A DNA stretch of 45,231 nt, counting the filler, from Catajapyx aquilonaris (lineage: Eukaryota), in NCBI GenBank assembly GCA_000934665.2. It is 2 parts of 2 records of this genome, joined end to end, with 100 filler letters (N's around TTAATTAATTAA, not from the genome) between each part and the next. Parts side by side here need not be neighbours in the genome. Positions count along the whole stretch, not along the records: positions 1 to 22,603 come from JYFJ02005857.1; 1 more part is not named here. One strand, written 5' to 3'. The position numbers and the translations under genes were made by a program. Below, in pieces: positions 1-12,649 of the stretch (the first letter of the stretch is position 1; each line of letters opens with the position of its first letter). A model generated the notes under the pieces. It had not been told where the DNA came from and ran no database searches. It saw nothing but the letters and a program-made list of their open reading frames with translations.

Positions 1-96
1 ATGGTTCCTTATTGGTTTAAACACATTACTTACTTACTTACTTTACTCCTATGGAAAAGTATTTCATAACCCGAGCAACGCCGGGTATCCTGCTAG
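1..96 (+). mobile_element. 3' end of a non-autonomous Helitron
   Basis: GC hairpin ACCCGAGCAACGCCGGGT (69-86), then CTAG (93-96) followed by T; (TTAC)n tract at about 26-47. This is the canonical Helitron 3' architecture. Confidence 0.55.
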
Positions 97-167
97 TACC
101 AAATAAACGGGGCCGATCACAGTTGTGGGTAGAAAGGTTCTTGACACTTACAGTGCATATCCAGGCC

Positions 168-3100
168 CAGTGGCGTAACGGCAGGGGTACATTGCCCCCC
201 CCCNTGCGACCGGCCAATATAGGAAGAGGCGCTTGGTCATAGCGCATGCCGGCATGCGCACTGATGCAGGAAAAATGGGACGTGTAAACAGAACTTCTGA
301 CAAAAGAAGAGCGTTGCTGCGCAGACCAATCAGAACCGGCAACGGCAGTGTGAATACGCCGAGGAATATGCCTTAGGCCTAATGTCGTCAAAAATGAGTT
401 CAACGGGGGGCAAAAAGGCGAAGCTCTCTGGAGCTGAAAATAGGAAGAGGAAAAAGGAAGAGATGAAGGAAGATAACCAGCTAAGAACTTCGATGTCTAA
501 ATTTTTGAAAAAGGATCATGCTACTAATGGTAAGTACTGTGGGCCAGCCCTGCATCTTATACTATATCCGTATATCGTGTGTGTGATATGAAACATCACA
601 TCCATGATCCATCCTGTATTCCTAATCCTATAATAATAAGCTAATAGCCTAATAGCCTAATAGCCAATTCCTCTTTCCGTCCAAAAATATCCCGAAACCT
701 ATAACCTAACATTCGCCACAAAATAACCGTTGATTGTTCACCAGGTGTTATGCTAGTAGCTAGTAGGCCTACTCTCCTTCGTATTTGTTGAGTGTTTGAA
801 GGGTTAGTAATTGTGATTCACAATGATGCACAATTTGAAGTGAGCTTGCTTTCCCAGCTGTGGCACCGATTTCTTCTGGTGAATCGACTCTCGCTCATCT
901 TGATGTCCACCCCTCTATCCTCCCATCGGTCGCAAGAACCTCTGGTCAGTCTGGTGGAGGTGTTGAAAAGCCGCATTTGGCAGATAAGACGTCTGTTGAT
1001 GCAGAAACTGAAGGTGAAGAATCATCCGATCCTGACGATCCGGATGCTGTTATTGAGGACGACGATTCGTCATGTTCAGCATCAGCAACAGCAACTACCA
1101 GTCGGGAAGTCGCAGAGTCACAGGATGATGAAGAGTCTGGAGTCTCGCTCTCTAACCTCACTCTCACAGGAAAACATCAACCTTGCTCAATCCCACCCTA
1201 CCTAACGGCCAAACGAGCCCACCACTTCAACACGAAGTGGTATGTGAATTACCCATGGCTTCATTATGTGGAGTCAAAAAAGTCTATGGTGTGCTTCATC
1301 TGTGTTGAAGCGAGGAACTTGAAGATAGTAAAGCCTTCCAACAAACTAGTCTTAGTAGTGGACAGGGGTTTGACAACTGGAAGAAGGCTGTACATGTGTT
1401 TGGGAAGCACCAAGCCAGCGATTTCTACAGAGAGGCAGTGGAAAAAATGTGCGCCCGTCGCAGTGTACCAGTGTCCTCTCAGCTGGACAGTTTAGCAAAG
1501 GTGCAACAGACTGAGTGCAGAAAGGCCCTTCATGCTATGTTCAGGTCGATATTATTTTTGGGTCGGCAAGGTCTCGCTTTTCGAGGTCATGGCGACAAAA
1601 GTGGCAATTTTTTTGAGCTCCTTACTATGCTGGCAGAATACGTTCCTGAGCTGTCTACATTCTTGGAGAGAAAGCAGAACTTTACGTCACCCGCCATTCA
1701 AAACGAAATGGTGAAGATCGCCGCCCATGTAATACTACAGGACGTAATCAAGGAGGTAAAAGATGGGGGATTCTATTCTCTAATAGTAGATGAGACATCC
1801 GATGTAAGTGGCCACGAACAGGTGTCCATCAGCATTAGAATCGCCCATCCCTTTCTGGATACACAGGAGCTGTTCTTGGGCCTGTACGAGACACCGTCAA
1901 TGACTGGCGAGTATCTTTTCAAGTTCCTAATGGATGTACTTGCCCGCTTCAATCTGTCCTTAGACGACCTAAAAGGCCAGTGCTATGATGGGGGGAGCAA
2001 CATGGCAGGGGTCAGGAAAGGCGTGCAAAGCAGGATAGCTGAAGTACAGCCCCAAGCACTATATGTGCATTGTTGCAATCATAGCTTGAATCTCGCCCTT
2101 CAAGATTCAGCAAAAGCGGTGCCACTAGTGCGGGATTGCATGCAGTGGGTGAATGACGTGGGAGTAATAGTGAGGAGTTCCCCAAAGAGACTCAGCAAGT
2201 TTCGAGATATAGCATCAGGCGACTCTTCAGGGCCATCCTTGTGTGTACCTCGTACCCTGTGCCCAACTAGGTTCAGCGTACGCATTCCAGCCTTGAAAGC
2301 GCTCAAGGACGCATATCCAGTTGTGTTGGAGTTCCTCGAAGAGATCGCCAGCTCGAGGGACGAGGCAGCGAGCAGAGCCAGAGGACTGCACGATCAGCTG
2401 CAGAAGGCGGAGGTATACTTCTGCATTCTGATGTGCTACAGTGTTTTCCAACCTTGTGAGCTCCTTAGCGTAGCTCTCCAGAAGAAAACAATCAGTTTCT
2501 GGTGCAATCGAGGCTGCGATGATAACAAAAAAAGCACTAGAGCGACAAAGGGATGACACTCATTTTGAAGAACTGTGGGCTGCCATGGAGGAGAAAATCG
2601 ACAGCTTCGACCTCGATCCTCCAAAACTGCCAAGGAAAAAGTGGGCTCCGAAAAAACTTCAGCAGCCTGGGACAGCGAGTGCTGTTGACACGGATTTCAA
2701 CACTCCAAAATACAAAATGAAAATCACATACTTTCAGGTTTTGGATACTATTATTGGCGAACTTTCCTCACGTTTTGATCAACCAGGGGTAACAATCTAT
2801 CAACACCTCGAGAGCGCTATCCTTACTCCTCCAGAAATGTGGGCACGCCAAGTCTCAACGGTGTTGAAAACCTACGATGTCTACGCGGATCTCCTCCTAC
2901 TGCAAATTGGAAATCTGCCAGGCGTTACCTCTGGCTATGACAGGTAGGGTACAGTACAGTTTGCCTTTTATATGGGTTGTTCTTGTTTTTGTTGATGCAC
3001 TGTATAGAGTATATGTATACTATAGTACCATAATTACAATTTACATCTATTTACACTATTTCGCTTTTAAGTTTTGGCCTTGGTTTTGGCACCGTAACGC

Positions 3101-3714
3101 AGTAATTTGTCTCTTACTGACAACTGATCAAATGAATTCTAAATGTTTACCTAGCAATTTAGTAAAACATCTCGACATTTCAGGCCAAGTGTGACGTCTA
3201 TCTTGACAGTAGTTAAGGAACTCCATGAAGAGCCAAGACATCTCTTCACTGAGTTGATTAAAGTGTTGCGTCTCCTGCTTGTCATCCCAGCGTCAACGGC
3301 ATCGGCGGAAAGGAGCTTTTCCATGCTAAAAAGACTGAAGACATACCTGCGGTCAACTATGACCCAGGAAAGACTTAACCACCTGGCAATACTACACTAT
3401 TACCAGGACAGAGTTGACGCCATTGACATTGATGTTTTGTGTCGGGAATTTACTAACAATGAGAGCCGCGTCAAAGTGTTCGGGAAAAAGTGATTTCATT
3501 TTTTATGTTTTTTTGTGCCTATTAAACTACATTCTTCTCATTTTACATGTATTTCTTTGAGAATGTCGAAGCAAAAGTGATTCAACTCCTCTCCTGTACC
3601 ACGACATACAGCTTATGCCATACATACATATTTTTCCGACCAAAAAGGGGGGGGGGAGGGGCGCCGCCACAGTTGCCCCCCCCCCCCCAGCTCAAAACCG
3701 TGGTTACGCCGCTG
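168..3714 (+). mobile_element. Full-length hAT DNA transposon (Tip100/ZMYM1-like transposase type)
   Basis: TIRs CAGTGGCGTAAC (168) and reverse complement CAGCGGCGTAAC (ending 3714); perfect 8-bp TSD TCCAGGCC at 160-167 and 3715-3722; C/G-rich subterminal tracts; internal transposase. Confidence 0.95.
382..3493 (+). pseudogene. hAT transposase, 3 exons (382-529, 858-2943, 3184-3493), two frameshifts (about 1350 and about 2495)
   Basis: GT-AG introns 530-857 and 2944-3183 both join exons in frame. Motifs: TTF-type Zn finger (WYVNYPWL..CFIC..GFDNWKKA..H), LAFRGH, DETSD, YDGGSNM, CCNHSLNL, and C-terminal dimerisation domain PASTASAERSFSMLKRLKTYLRSTMTQERL. Confidence 0.9.
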
Positions 3715-4009
3715 TCCAGGCCCATGATTAATGATGCAATATTAATCAAAATATTACACAAAAGTGAAGAGATATACTGGATGAGAGGCCGAGCGCAAAA
3801 TGCAGCCAGGTCACTAGCTTACAAACATCCAAGTTATGTCACGTTGTGCCCATCTTTTTATGGTGATACTAACGCTGTGCCTTATCTAGGGAAAAATACA
3901 GTATGTTTCATTAGTGACATTTTTGATGATCTCTGAAAAATCACATATGAATATCTGAGCTTCATGTCAGATACCAAATGGACGATCCATGCCACATTCT
4001 CCAGCTAGG

Positions 4010-4042
<33 letters not shown>

Positions 4043-4057
4043 TAATAATAATAATAA
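4010..4057. repeat. (AAT)n microsatellite, probable 3' tail of the adjacent LINE
   Basis: About 15 AAT units, followed by TTTATT (AATAAA on the minus strand). Confidence 0.9.
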
Positions 4058-4660
4058 GTTTATTGACATACAATTTCACTCTTTAGAACATCACGGCGCT
4101 TTTGCACCCCCCTAACTTGGGGGCGGACTTCACCTCTACACTTTTCTTTATAGCTACACTATGGTCTAGTTACTCTCCTCGTTTCGTGTGTATTAGTACC
4201 TCTGTTCTTTTAATCTTCACTTATTCGTTTGTATATCTGTAATAAGTAGTTAGTAGCCTTTTTAAAATTTCGAATTTCTCGTAACTTATATCACCCAACT
4301 TTAACACGAATTGGGACCTGGATACTTGAATCATCTTTATATCACGCCTTCTTTGCTCTAAGATAAGACATTCAAAAAATAATATGATACCAGGACTCTC
4401 GGTTGGTGTGGCCACAAATCGAACATAAGTTATCTGGTTATATTGTTAAGGAGGACACATGCGTATTCTACCGGTCTCTAGTCTTAAAAAGAAATTCGCC
4501 ACCTTCAGACCTGGCAAATATAATTTCCTTACAAAGGCTTTTTGTATCTTCTCATGTGAATCAAAAATTTTAACCGCCCAGACCTCCGCGGCATTGCCCA
4601 AAATCGGTAATATTTTCATATCCAGGAAGTCAAAGTGTTGTTTGAATTTGGGTAATTGAG
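4010..4660 (-). mobile_element. 5'-truncated non-LTR retrotransposon (LINE ORF2 C-terminus, RTE/L2-like)
   Basis: Minus-strand FD..KILPILGNAAEVW..EKIQKAFVRKL..ANFFLRLETGR and E..IILFFECLILEQRR resemble post-RT regions of LINE ORF2; ends in AATAAA plus a (TTA)n tail. Confidence 0.6.
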
Positions 4661-5741
4661 CCCTAATTAGGGTTGGCCAACCTCCAGCTAGGAATTGAAT
4701 GTACTGGGATCCAGCCATGGGCAAAAGCACGGTTTTTACGTTTGCCACAAGTGCAGGGAGAGAATCAAGAGGACCTAAAGCAGGGAGGCTGCAACGTTTG
4801 TAATAAAGGAGACAAAAATAGTTGTCGCTAAATTATCAACTCGTGATAAGAAAAGCATGTAGATCTCTTCACTCAACACAACGGGCATTCCAAGGCTACC
4901 AGAACCTATTACCTCCTTCATCGAGTACACACAAGTCACCCACACTAATATGTAGTGTTGCTTGTCTACGTGATAAAACATATGCATCTCTTTTGGGAAC
5001 GATGTCAACAATGCATGCTGACGGCGTGAACAAGAAGTAGCTTTGATCGAGGGAAGGGACCAAGTTTCCCCAAGGAAAATCAGGTGAGAAAGAAAGACCA
5101 GAGAGAAGGGCATCCTGCATCAACTGGTCTTTATTATTCCAGCGTAACTTTAAAAGCATGGAGAAAAGTCCCGAAAGGAGAGGGTGCCTTGTAATAACCT
5201 TTGTGCAAGTAATAAAACACGTAACTGCAGGTTGGCTAATGCAAAGTTAATAACTGTTATTAGGCACAATCCCAGCTGATATGGCACCATGAATCAGACT
5301 ACCTTCAGGATTCATAGTGACATGTATCCTTGCTGACATTTAACTGCTTCTAAATAATCTTGCTGAACATGTTAAATCACGGCATCATTTCTCTACCAGC
5401 CCATCTTGTATTGTTGCAATCTGCAATTGCTGAGTAAGTCTGCAACAGTGGATGCAAAAGTGTTCATAGTCGCCAGACAAGTGAGGTTGAATTAAGGATT
5501 CATATGCAAAATAAAGCCCTAATAATATAATTGTATTGGGCTTCTGCGAAACTAACAAGCCGTTATCTCCGCAGGGGAACTGATGAGGAAAAGATAGCTA
5601 TCTATTGCACCCTGCGTTAGAAATAATTTACTTTACCGAATCATTAAACTTTCAATATTCTTGGCAATAAGTTTTACAATATACCACATAATGCATATTT
5701 TAAAATATCAGCTTACCATGCGTAATGTCAGACCTATAATT

Positions 5742-5998
5742 GAAACCTTGAGTATCCAAAGGTCCCAAGTCCACATTTTGACGATTTCGAGTTACATAAT
5801 ATGGGAGGGTAGTACGGGGCAAGGCGCATATTTTGAATGAAAGCGAGTCCGAAATGTTCATTCTAACATGGGGGGAGAGGGGGGGGGGAATCACGAAAAT
5901 NCCCCCCCATTTCAATCATTACTTATCAATTTCGGTTTTTTGTGTCTCCTGAAAAGTTGAGGTGGTTGGACTTGGGACCTTTTGCAACTCAAGGTTTC
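5742..5998. mobile_element. 257-bp MITE flanked by AATT
   Basis: About 32-bp TIRs GAAACCTTGAGTATCCAAAGGTCCCAAGTCCA and TGGACTTGGGACCTTTTGCAACTCAAGGTTTC; AATT on both sides (AWWT TSD as in Sola1, tentative). Confidence 0.75.
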
Positions 5999-7599
5999 AA
6001 TTGTGACCAATGTTGAGCGACATAGCGTCTGTCCTCTGGATATTCCTCAATATGGTCAAGCAGAGAATGATACAGTCTTCTAAGAAAGACGTTACATTCA
6101 AACATACTTGATGATATGAATGCATATTAAAACGCTTATTGTCATACCTCATCACATTTTTTTTTGGCTAAAACCTTTCTTCTCAGCATCGGTGTTAATT
6201 TTTTGACTTACCGTAAAAACTGATATAACAAAATGGTAATAAAATTGCCTTCTTGAGACGCTTCTCGACTATTTTCGTACATGATATGTGCATGATACCT
6301 AATGTGCTGAAACTCAGCATGTTGGATTTATGTGCCGAAGGCCGTAACAAAGAAATATACATGAACTGGTCACATGCGATGATCACGCGCAAGTAATCCC
6401 TAGGGATTTACGTGGAATGGCAGACGAACTTGACCGACAATCCACCAGTGTTTATATGATATGTCAAAGGAAGCCGATACACGCTCAACCCATTCAAAAT
6501 CAGAAGAGGAGAAAAACACAGCAATGGTCATCTTCAACCAAAATATTTAATTGTAATCAAATTAATCTCACACTTGTTATTTAAAATTAGGAATTGAAAT
6601 ATTAATAACTCCCTTCGCAAATTAGCTATATAAAACGCCCCAATTAAGATGCCGATTGGAGTGTTATTAGAACAACATGGGCGTTGCATACTTGCATACA
6701 TCTCCACATCGTGCCATATCTCCTCTTCATGCAAAACATATAAATATGGCGCAAATTTATATAACCATCATAAGAAGAGAAGAGAGCAGGACAATGTCAA
6801 ACTTGATCAGAAAACGTCATCGGGTATGTCAACCGTAGTGAAAATCCAGCGGCGCAACACGACAGCAGTCGAGGATAGACATATGCGAAATTAATAATGA
6901 TTAACTGGACTTGCAGGAAACAAATAGTAATATCAATAGAGATACACACTACGCCCGTTGTATCAGAAATTTACTTCACCACATTTCTTAAACGCCTAAG
7001 GTACTTTTCACAACACCCCGAAGATCACCCAAAAGAAAGCATATCACAAGATAAACTTAGATAGGGACTTAAGGGGTCGACCTGGCCGATAGGCCCTAGA
7101 CCCCGGGCACCTCATAAAAGAAACGCCCAAAAAATCGCAATACTCATATTACAAAGTCAACTGGTAAAACTGGCGCCGCTACATATTCAGGCATATGATT
7201 CACAATAATTATGATTGTGTAATGTATTTATTTGGTGGTAACTGTGGAGCCTTAGCAAATCCCACTCACATCTGCTGGCATGATTTAGTTGCAGGACTAG
7301 TTACTAAGGCCCTATGCGACACTGTGCCCTTCACAGCCGCTTTCACGACATATCAAACGTGGCAATCTAATAAACAACCGAGCCGATAGATTGGCCATTT
7401 CATAAAAGTATTGAATATTGTTGCGCAACAGGCTAGGAGGCGATTATTATTTGACGATGACTGTCCCAAACACTGACCTGTGGTTCAAAGGTCAAAAGTG
7501 CCACAATAAAACATGGCACGAACAGTGATGCCATGCACATTGAAAATCCTGGTCATTAAAGAAATAACTATATCCTCAAATAATCCACTAACTTTTCAT

Positions 7600-10330
7600 A
7601 GTATTGCAACTGGGTAACATGCGCACATACCATGGATGGATTTGGGCCATTTCATGGTATAGTGAGAGACATAATCAAAGAGGATTATTTGAAGTTCCAG
7701 GCAAACCAAGGCATAACTATCCAGAAGGATTCTAGTTATGTCACCTTTAATTACAACCTTCGGAGAAAAGAGCAACACGACGAGCATATTGGCACATTAA
7801 TCATTGTCATCTTGTATAGGATAAATATTATTTTTGGTATGCTGCACCGCATACAGATGTCTCGACAGAGGTAGAGCAGGCGGCCCATTCTTACAAATAG
7901 TTCAACGTAGAAGGATCCTTAGTTGCCATTACTAAGAATATCGCAGTATAAGATAGGTAACAGCTTGATGTCAGTTCAAATACGAAAAAAATCGAAGGCA
8001 GAACATTCCCAGAAAGTACTTGCCATTTGTCTCAAATAATCCCTCGTGTTATAACTACACACGGTATATGGCACTATACTAACTTCAATAACAGCATAAA
8101 TTTTAAAAATAATAATATTAATATACAGTATTTCAACGGAGATAGTAAAAAGTTATTTTTAAAATCCAACTGCAATGTGATTAAGACCGAGTACTGATCA
8201 TAGAAGAGGGGCAGCCTTAGAAATAGCATTAATTAAGCTTCTTCGATGACAGGATATTATTATTTTGCTTCCTACCAAAAAACCCCCACAGTAATTCAGC
8301 AGCAGTACGGAAGAATATATGAACATCTACCACGCCGAGTTAGTTGGCGAAAGGCGAATCAACACAGCAGACCGGTTGATGAACCCAAAGATAATCCACA
8401 CGACATGACGACACTCCAAATCGCCAAGTTCTCTAGCCATATCGAGTTCTCCACATGTACAAAGACAACGATGACTACTACCACTCTATCTAGGCGAGAT
8501 CCAGACGAGCCTTGGATTTTAAGTTGCTGACGTCCCCATTCGATAAAGTGTGTCTTACCCGTGACGCAATGTCAGTCAAACAATATTACTCCATGATTTG
8601 TAAACGAATAACTGCGGTATAGTAACACCACTATTCCACACAATATAATGTAGCTGCGTCTTGGCACATACCCAGTAGGTATGTTTCATTGCAGATGAGA
8701 AAGTGTAGGAAAAATATTATTTTTTAATAAGAGATATTGGACCGAAATGACAGTTACAATCCCAAAATTTTCAACTGCCAGCAATAACAGTAAAAAAATA
8801 TTCAGTAGCAGCACGGCAAGTGACACATCTCGTTATGAGAGCCGGTAAAGCTGGAAAGTGACACAGCCAGCACCTGCTGATTGTGTAAGTGAATCGAAAT
8901 GGAATCACCGGCAGTCAAAATATCAAACTGGATAATCATTTCTATCTGATAAGTATTGTGTAAAAGTAGTGGCAGAATCCAGCAATACTCAAGACACCCA
9001 CAAGTGGACAAATTGGTGGCATGAATAAACCTGAAAAGTACGAATAAATATTTAACATGGCGCTCTGAAGATATGTTCCTCACTTTGTACACGGCAGTAT
9101 TGTGGATGATGCAAATGAATGAAGTTTGTCAAGGTCCTGATTGGAGCAAAACGGTAGACCAATGACACGCAAATATGACTGGAAATTGCAAAAAAGAGCC
9201 AGGCAAAGGTGGAGGTAAGCGGAATTCAACAAATTGACATACCATAGAAGAACCCTTACGGCCATGCCAAGCCGCAAATGAATATCATGGATTGAGACCT
9301 CCACATTGCACCAGTTCCCGCCAACTGGAAGGTAGTCAGGTCACATGAAAAGTGATGATGGAGCAGCTTACAACAAATCCAGAAGAAATATATAGTGAAA
9401 TGTCTTTCTCGAACTTAGTGGTTTGGAGAGTAAAACAGAGATCTCCTCGTTCACGAATCAAAATTCAAATCTGGTGTGGTGCACCAGAAGCTACAAAATA
9501 CAGACGGAACAACACCTCCAGCACATGAAAATTCATAGAATTCAGAATGTGACTGACGACCTTCACAGTTGAACTGGAGAAGTTGCGCTAGGCCACGCTA
9601 AATCTAGCGAGTGTCATCTCTGTAAGGACACACTTGAGGTCCCACATTCTTCTAAACCCGAACAAATACCAGATAAGTGTTTCAGGGATCCTTGAAAAAA
9701 ATGTCACGAATCTGATTAATATAACAAGACCTGACGAAGTCCATGTGGCACATATGTGGTTGACTCCATAAAAGACATCCCACTTAAGACCAATCAGCTT
9801 GGGAGATGATATTAGTTTCCACCAAAAGGACAAGACGCATAAGCGATGAGTCGTGGCATAATTCACGATCGCTGCACATTTTACATCGCAATGAAGTCAA
9901 CGGAAAGCCCTTCGTGTGTATTTCTTAGCTTGCATATGTTATTATAATATCATCAGACGTGTACAACAATTTCTGCCAAAATAACCAATGTGGTAGGAAA
10001 TCAGCCAGTAACAACTAACAAGTGACGCAATCAGTGACCTGTGATGATGTGCACAACGTATTTTCTGGTGTCCTTTTCTTCTTCTTTTTTGTCTAAAAGT
10101 GGTATTCAGATTTTCACAGCAAATCAATTTTGCAGAAACTGGTCCACGTCTTGCGGAAAAACACATGCAGTTGACAGTGTGATATGATTGCATTACACCC
10201 CATGTTGTCAAGGAGAGTGAGCTGCTTGGGATACAAATATTGCATACTGAGAAGAAATACTGTACTAGTACAAAAGGTCTACATGTGATACGTAAAGCCA
10301 GATAAAAGTCATAGTTGCACTGATCAAGCG
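7600..10330 (+). pseudogene. Heavily decayed endogenous viral element: negative-strand RNA virus L (RdRp) gene candidate
   Basis: Collinear motif remnants across frames: KYYFWY (7823), KKIEGRTFP (7985), W..F (8069), QYFNGD (8126), motif B YLGEIQ/EPWIL (8487-8521), motif C YS(D)D with a 1-nt loss (8587-8597), VGM (8675), FFNKRY (8720), GQIGGMN (9006), YVPHFVH (9072), RKYDW (9168), ISWIE (9282), CHLC (9612). Boundaries approximate. Confidence 0.5.
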
Positions 10331-12649
10331 TCATCTTCGTGGTGAAGACAAAGTTAAAAAACTACAAGCCATCATCGCTTGTTGACCATGCTCTCACTTG
10401 AGGCAAATTCCACATGCACAAGAATCCTGTGTATAATTATCACTGCCCCTTGATAATATTTGCACATTCTTCATTGCAATTATTCTAGCACAAGATTAAT
10501 AATTATAGACTATCATGAGGTTATATTCAATAACCATACTCAAATCAGAGCTAGGAAAAGTCTAGCTGACTTAAGACATTACTATGTTGCAATTTACAAA
10601 ATAATGCACACCACAGTAGGTACCAACCATTGCTGTTCAGCCGTTCAGGATTAGCTAACACAGGCCAAAAGGTGCTCCTATTAAGCTACATCACAGGGGA
10701 TTGCTTGCTTTTGGCCTACTTTAAAAAATGCATAAGCATACAAGTAGTATACAAAAAGACATCCTGGATGACCCTGGCAGTAGGCCTACAGCACAATGAA
10801 CATGCGCCGAAGAGTAGGGCCACTGCGACGACACAAATATCGCAGGACGAACACCATAAATAACTATGGTCTGCAGCATAACAATGATTGCATGGCGACG
10901 ACTGATTAGGAACCATCGAGCTATAGTGCAACGTGCGACGGCAGCAGGAGGGCGAGAAACAGACGACCAAACATAACGACCGTGACCACCCAAGGAATGT
11001 GCACACCTGTGGAACAATACTGGAGAAAAAAATCTCTGCACGATGCTACAACGGGCACACCCCGGGGGCGGCCCCGGGGCGAGAGAGACACGGATATATG
11101 CGGACAGAACGCGACACACGTCCAGTCCTTACCAAGGCGAAGGGAAGAGAGAGAGAGAAAAAGGAACAGAGGGAGGCAGGCAGGGTTGGAACCACGATAG
11201 CGTCACTTGGAGATACAGTGGGAATGACGTCATCTCCTTATTTCCAGGCCTACACTCCTGGCGTCCTCTTAAGGATGAGATTAAGCGCTATTTCCCAGTA
11301 GCGGTTATGCCCACCTACATAATTAGGCGAATAACAGCTTGTGATAAGCGCGACATCCAGTAGCCGTTATGTCAACCCGCGATGCGACTGTGCCCCCCCT
11401 GTGACGTCACTCGTTCTCTTTGTCTTCATGGGCGTCGGTTGTGTTCCGCCCGCTTGTCCCTCTGCCCCTGGGCCTGCCCTCAGTCTCGGCTATCTGCTGT
11501 CAGGCCAGTCCATGCACAATCCGTGGCGCCCGAAATGGGGCGGAAAATGGGTGGTTTTGGCGGCTGATGAAACAGTCGCATACGTGGGTTTGGTTGGCCC
11601 TGAACGTGTGCAAGGGATTTAAAAGCTAAAGAAACTAATTAAGTACATATTTTTAATTAGCTTTATGTAGCCATTTGCTCTGTTGCTTTTTTTTAGGACG
11701 TCTTGCTTGAAATATCAAGCAATGCTATTGTCACAAATTGTTCCGAGTCGCTTTTTGCACCTGCCTTATTCTGATGGTCTTCATGGTGAAAGGACACGCT
11801 CGTAGCAGGTATTAATTTTTGTGTAGGCCACTGTGCTACAGTATCATCCAGGCAAGTTAATAGGAAGCAAGGAAATAACCTTTCCTATTCTTGCTCTTGC
11901 TTCGTTTCTCTCTCCATATTATGTTGCAACTTACAATAGCCAACAATTGTTGTCTGTATGTTGCCAAAGTGATAATCAGAGCAGTAGCATTGTGCTTTTT
12001 AATACAGGATTCACACATGTGTCATAATAAATATGCAGTGGAGATTTTCCAGTACACATTAATGCATGTGCCTACAATATGTAACTCAAGAAACACATTT
12101 GAAGCAATTTCAAATTACTTTTTATATTAGGAACCCTTTTTTTGTGTGCAAAAAACACATGTCCAAAAAATGTTACTTTTTAGGGGAGGCAAAAAAAAAG
12201 CATTGATTTTCACAGATGAAAAATATAGTGTCTTATGGACACACTGATGTATCATATAATGACATAGTATCTGCAAGCACAAGCAGTATGTAATGCTGGA
12301 AAAATAATCCATTAGGATTTTGACATTATGCTGTTTTTACGTAGAAGGTGGACTAATGATAAATTATCTTCCAATTTTAATTATATTTGGCGAAGAAATG
12401 TGTTAGTTTCATCATCAGAGAATGCACCTCTTGATTCCACACTTTATCGATATCAATATCTACAAGTTGTAGTGACGTAAGAAATTATTCCAGATCCAGC
12501 CTTGCTGACACTATTGTTGGGTACGATAAGGGTTGCGGTGCTCTCTGTGTTTGTTTTTGGCGGCGTTGTAGTTCTTTAGGGTGAGACTTGTTAATGTGGC
12601 GCAGTGTGAATGATTACATCACAGTTGGCCTTTTTGGCACTGGTCACCT

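Noticed and set aside
7370..8250. Rhabdovirus-like glycoprotein (W..CC, GQKCH..W, YCNW patterns)
   Set aside because: Matches were loose, and the same interval fits the N-terminal part of an L protein continuous with the downstream RdRp motifs. Kept only as an alternative to test.
9691..9701. CTTGAAAAAAA as a viral gene-end signal
   Set aside because: Lies within the putative L coding region, and A7 runs are common here.
11524..11534. TGGCGCCCGAA resembling a tRNA-Lys primer-binding site
   Set aside because: Only 11 nt match, no preceding LTR end (CA) and no gag downstream.
10716..11629. Cluster of 60-130 aa ORFs, two TGACGTCA motifs and a GA tract
   Set aside because: No recognisable domain or splice structure; GC-rich background ORFs. 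The motifs alone are insufficient for a promoter call.
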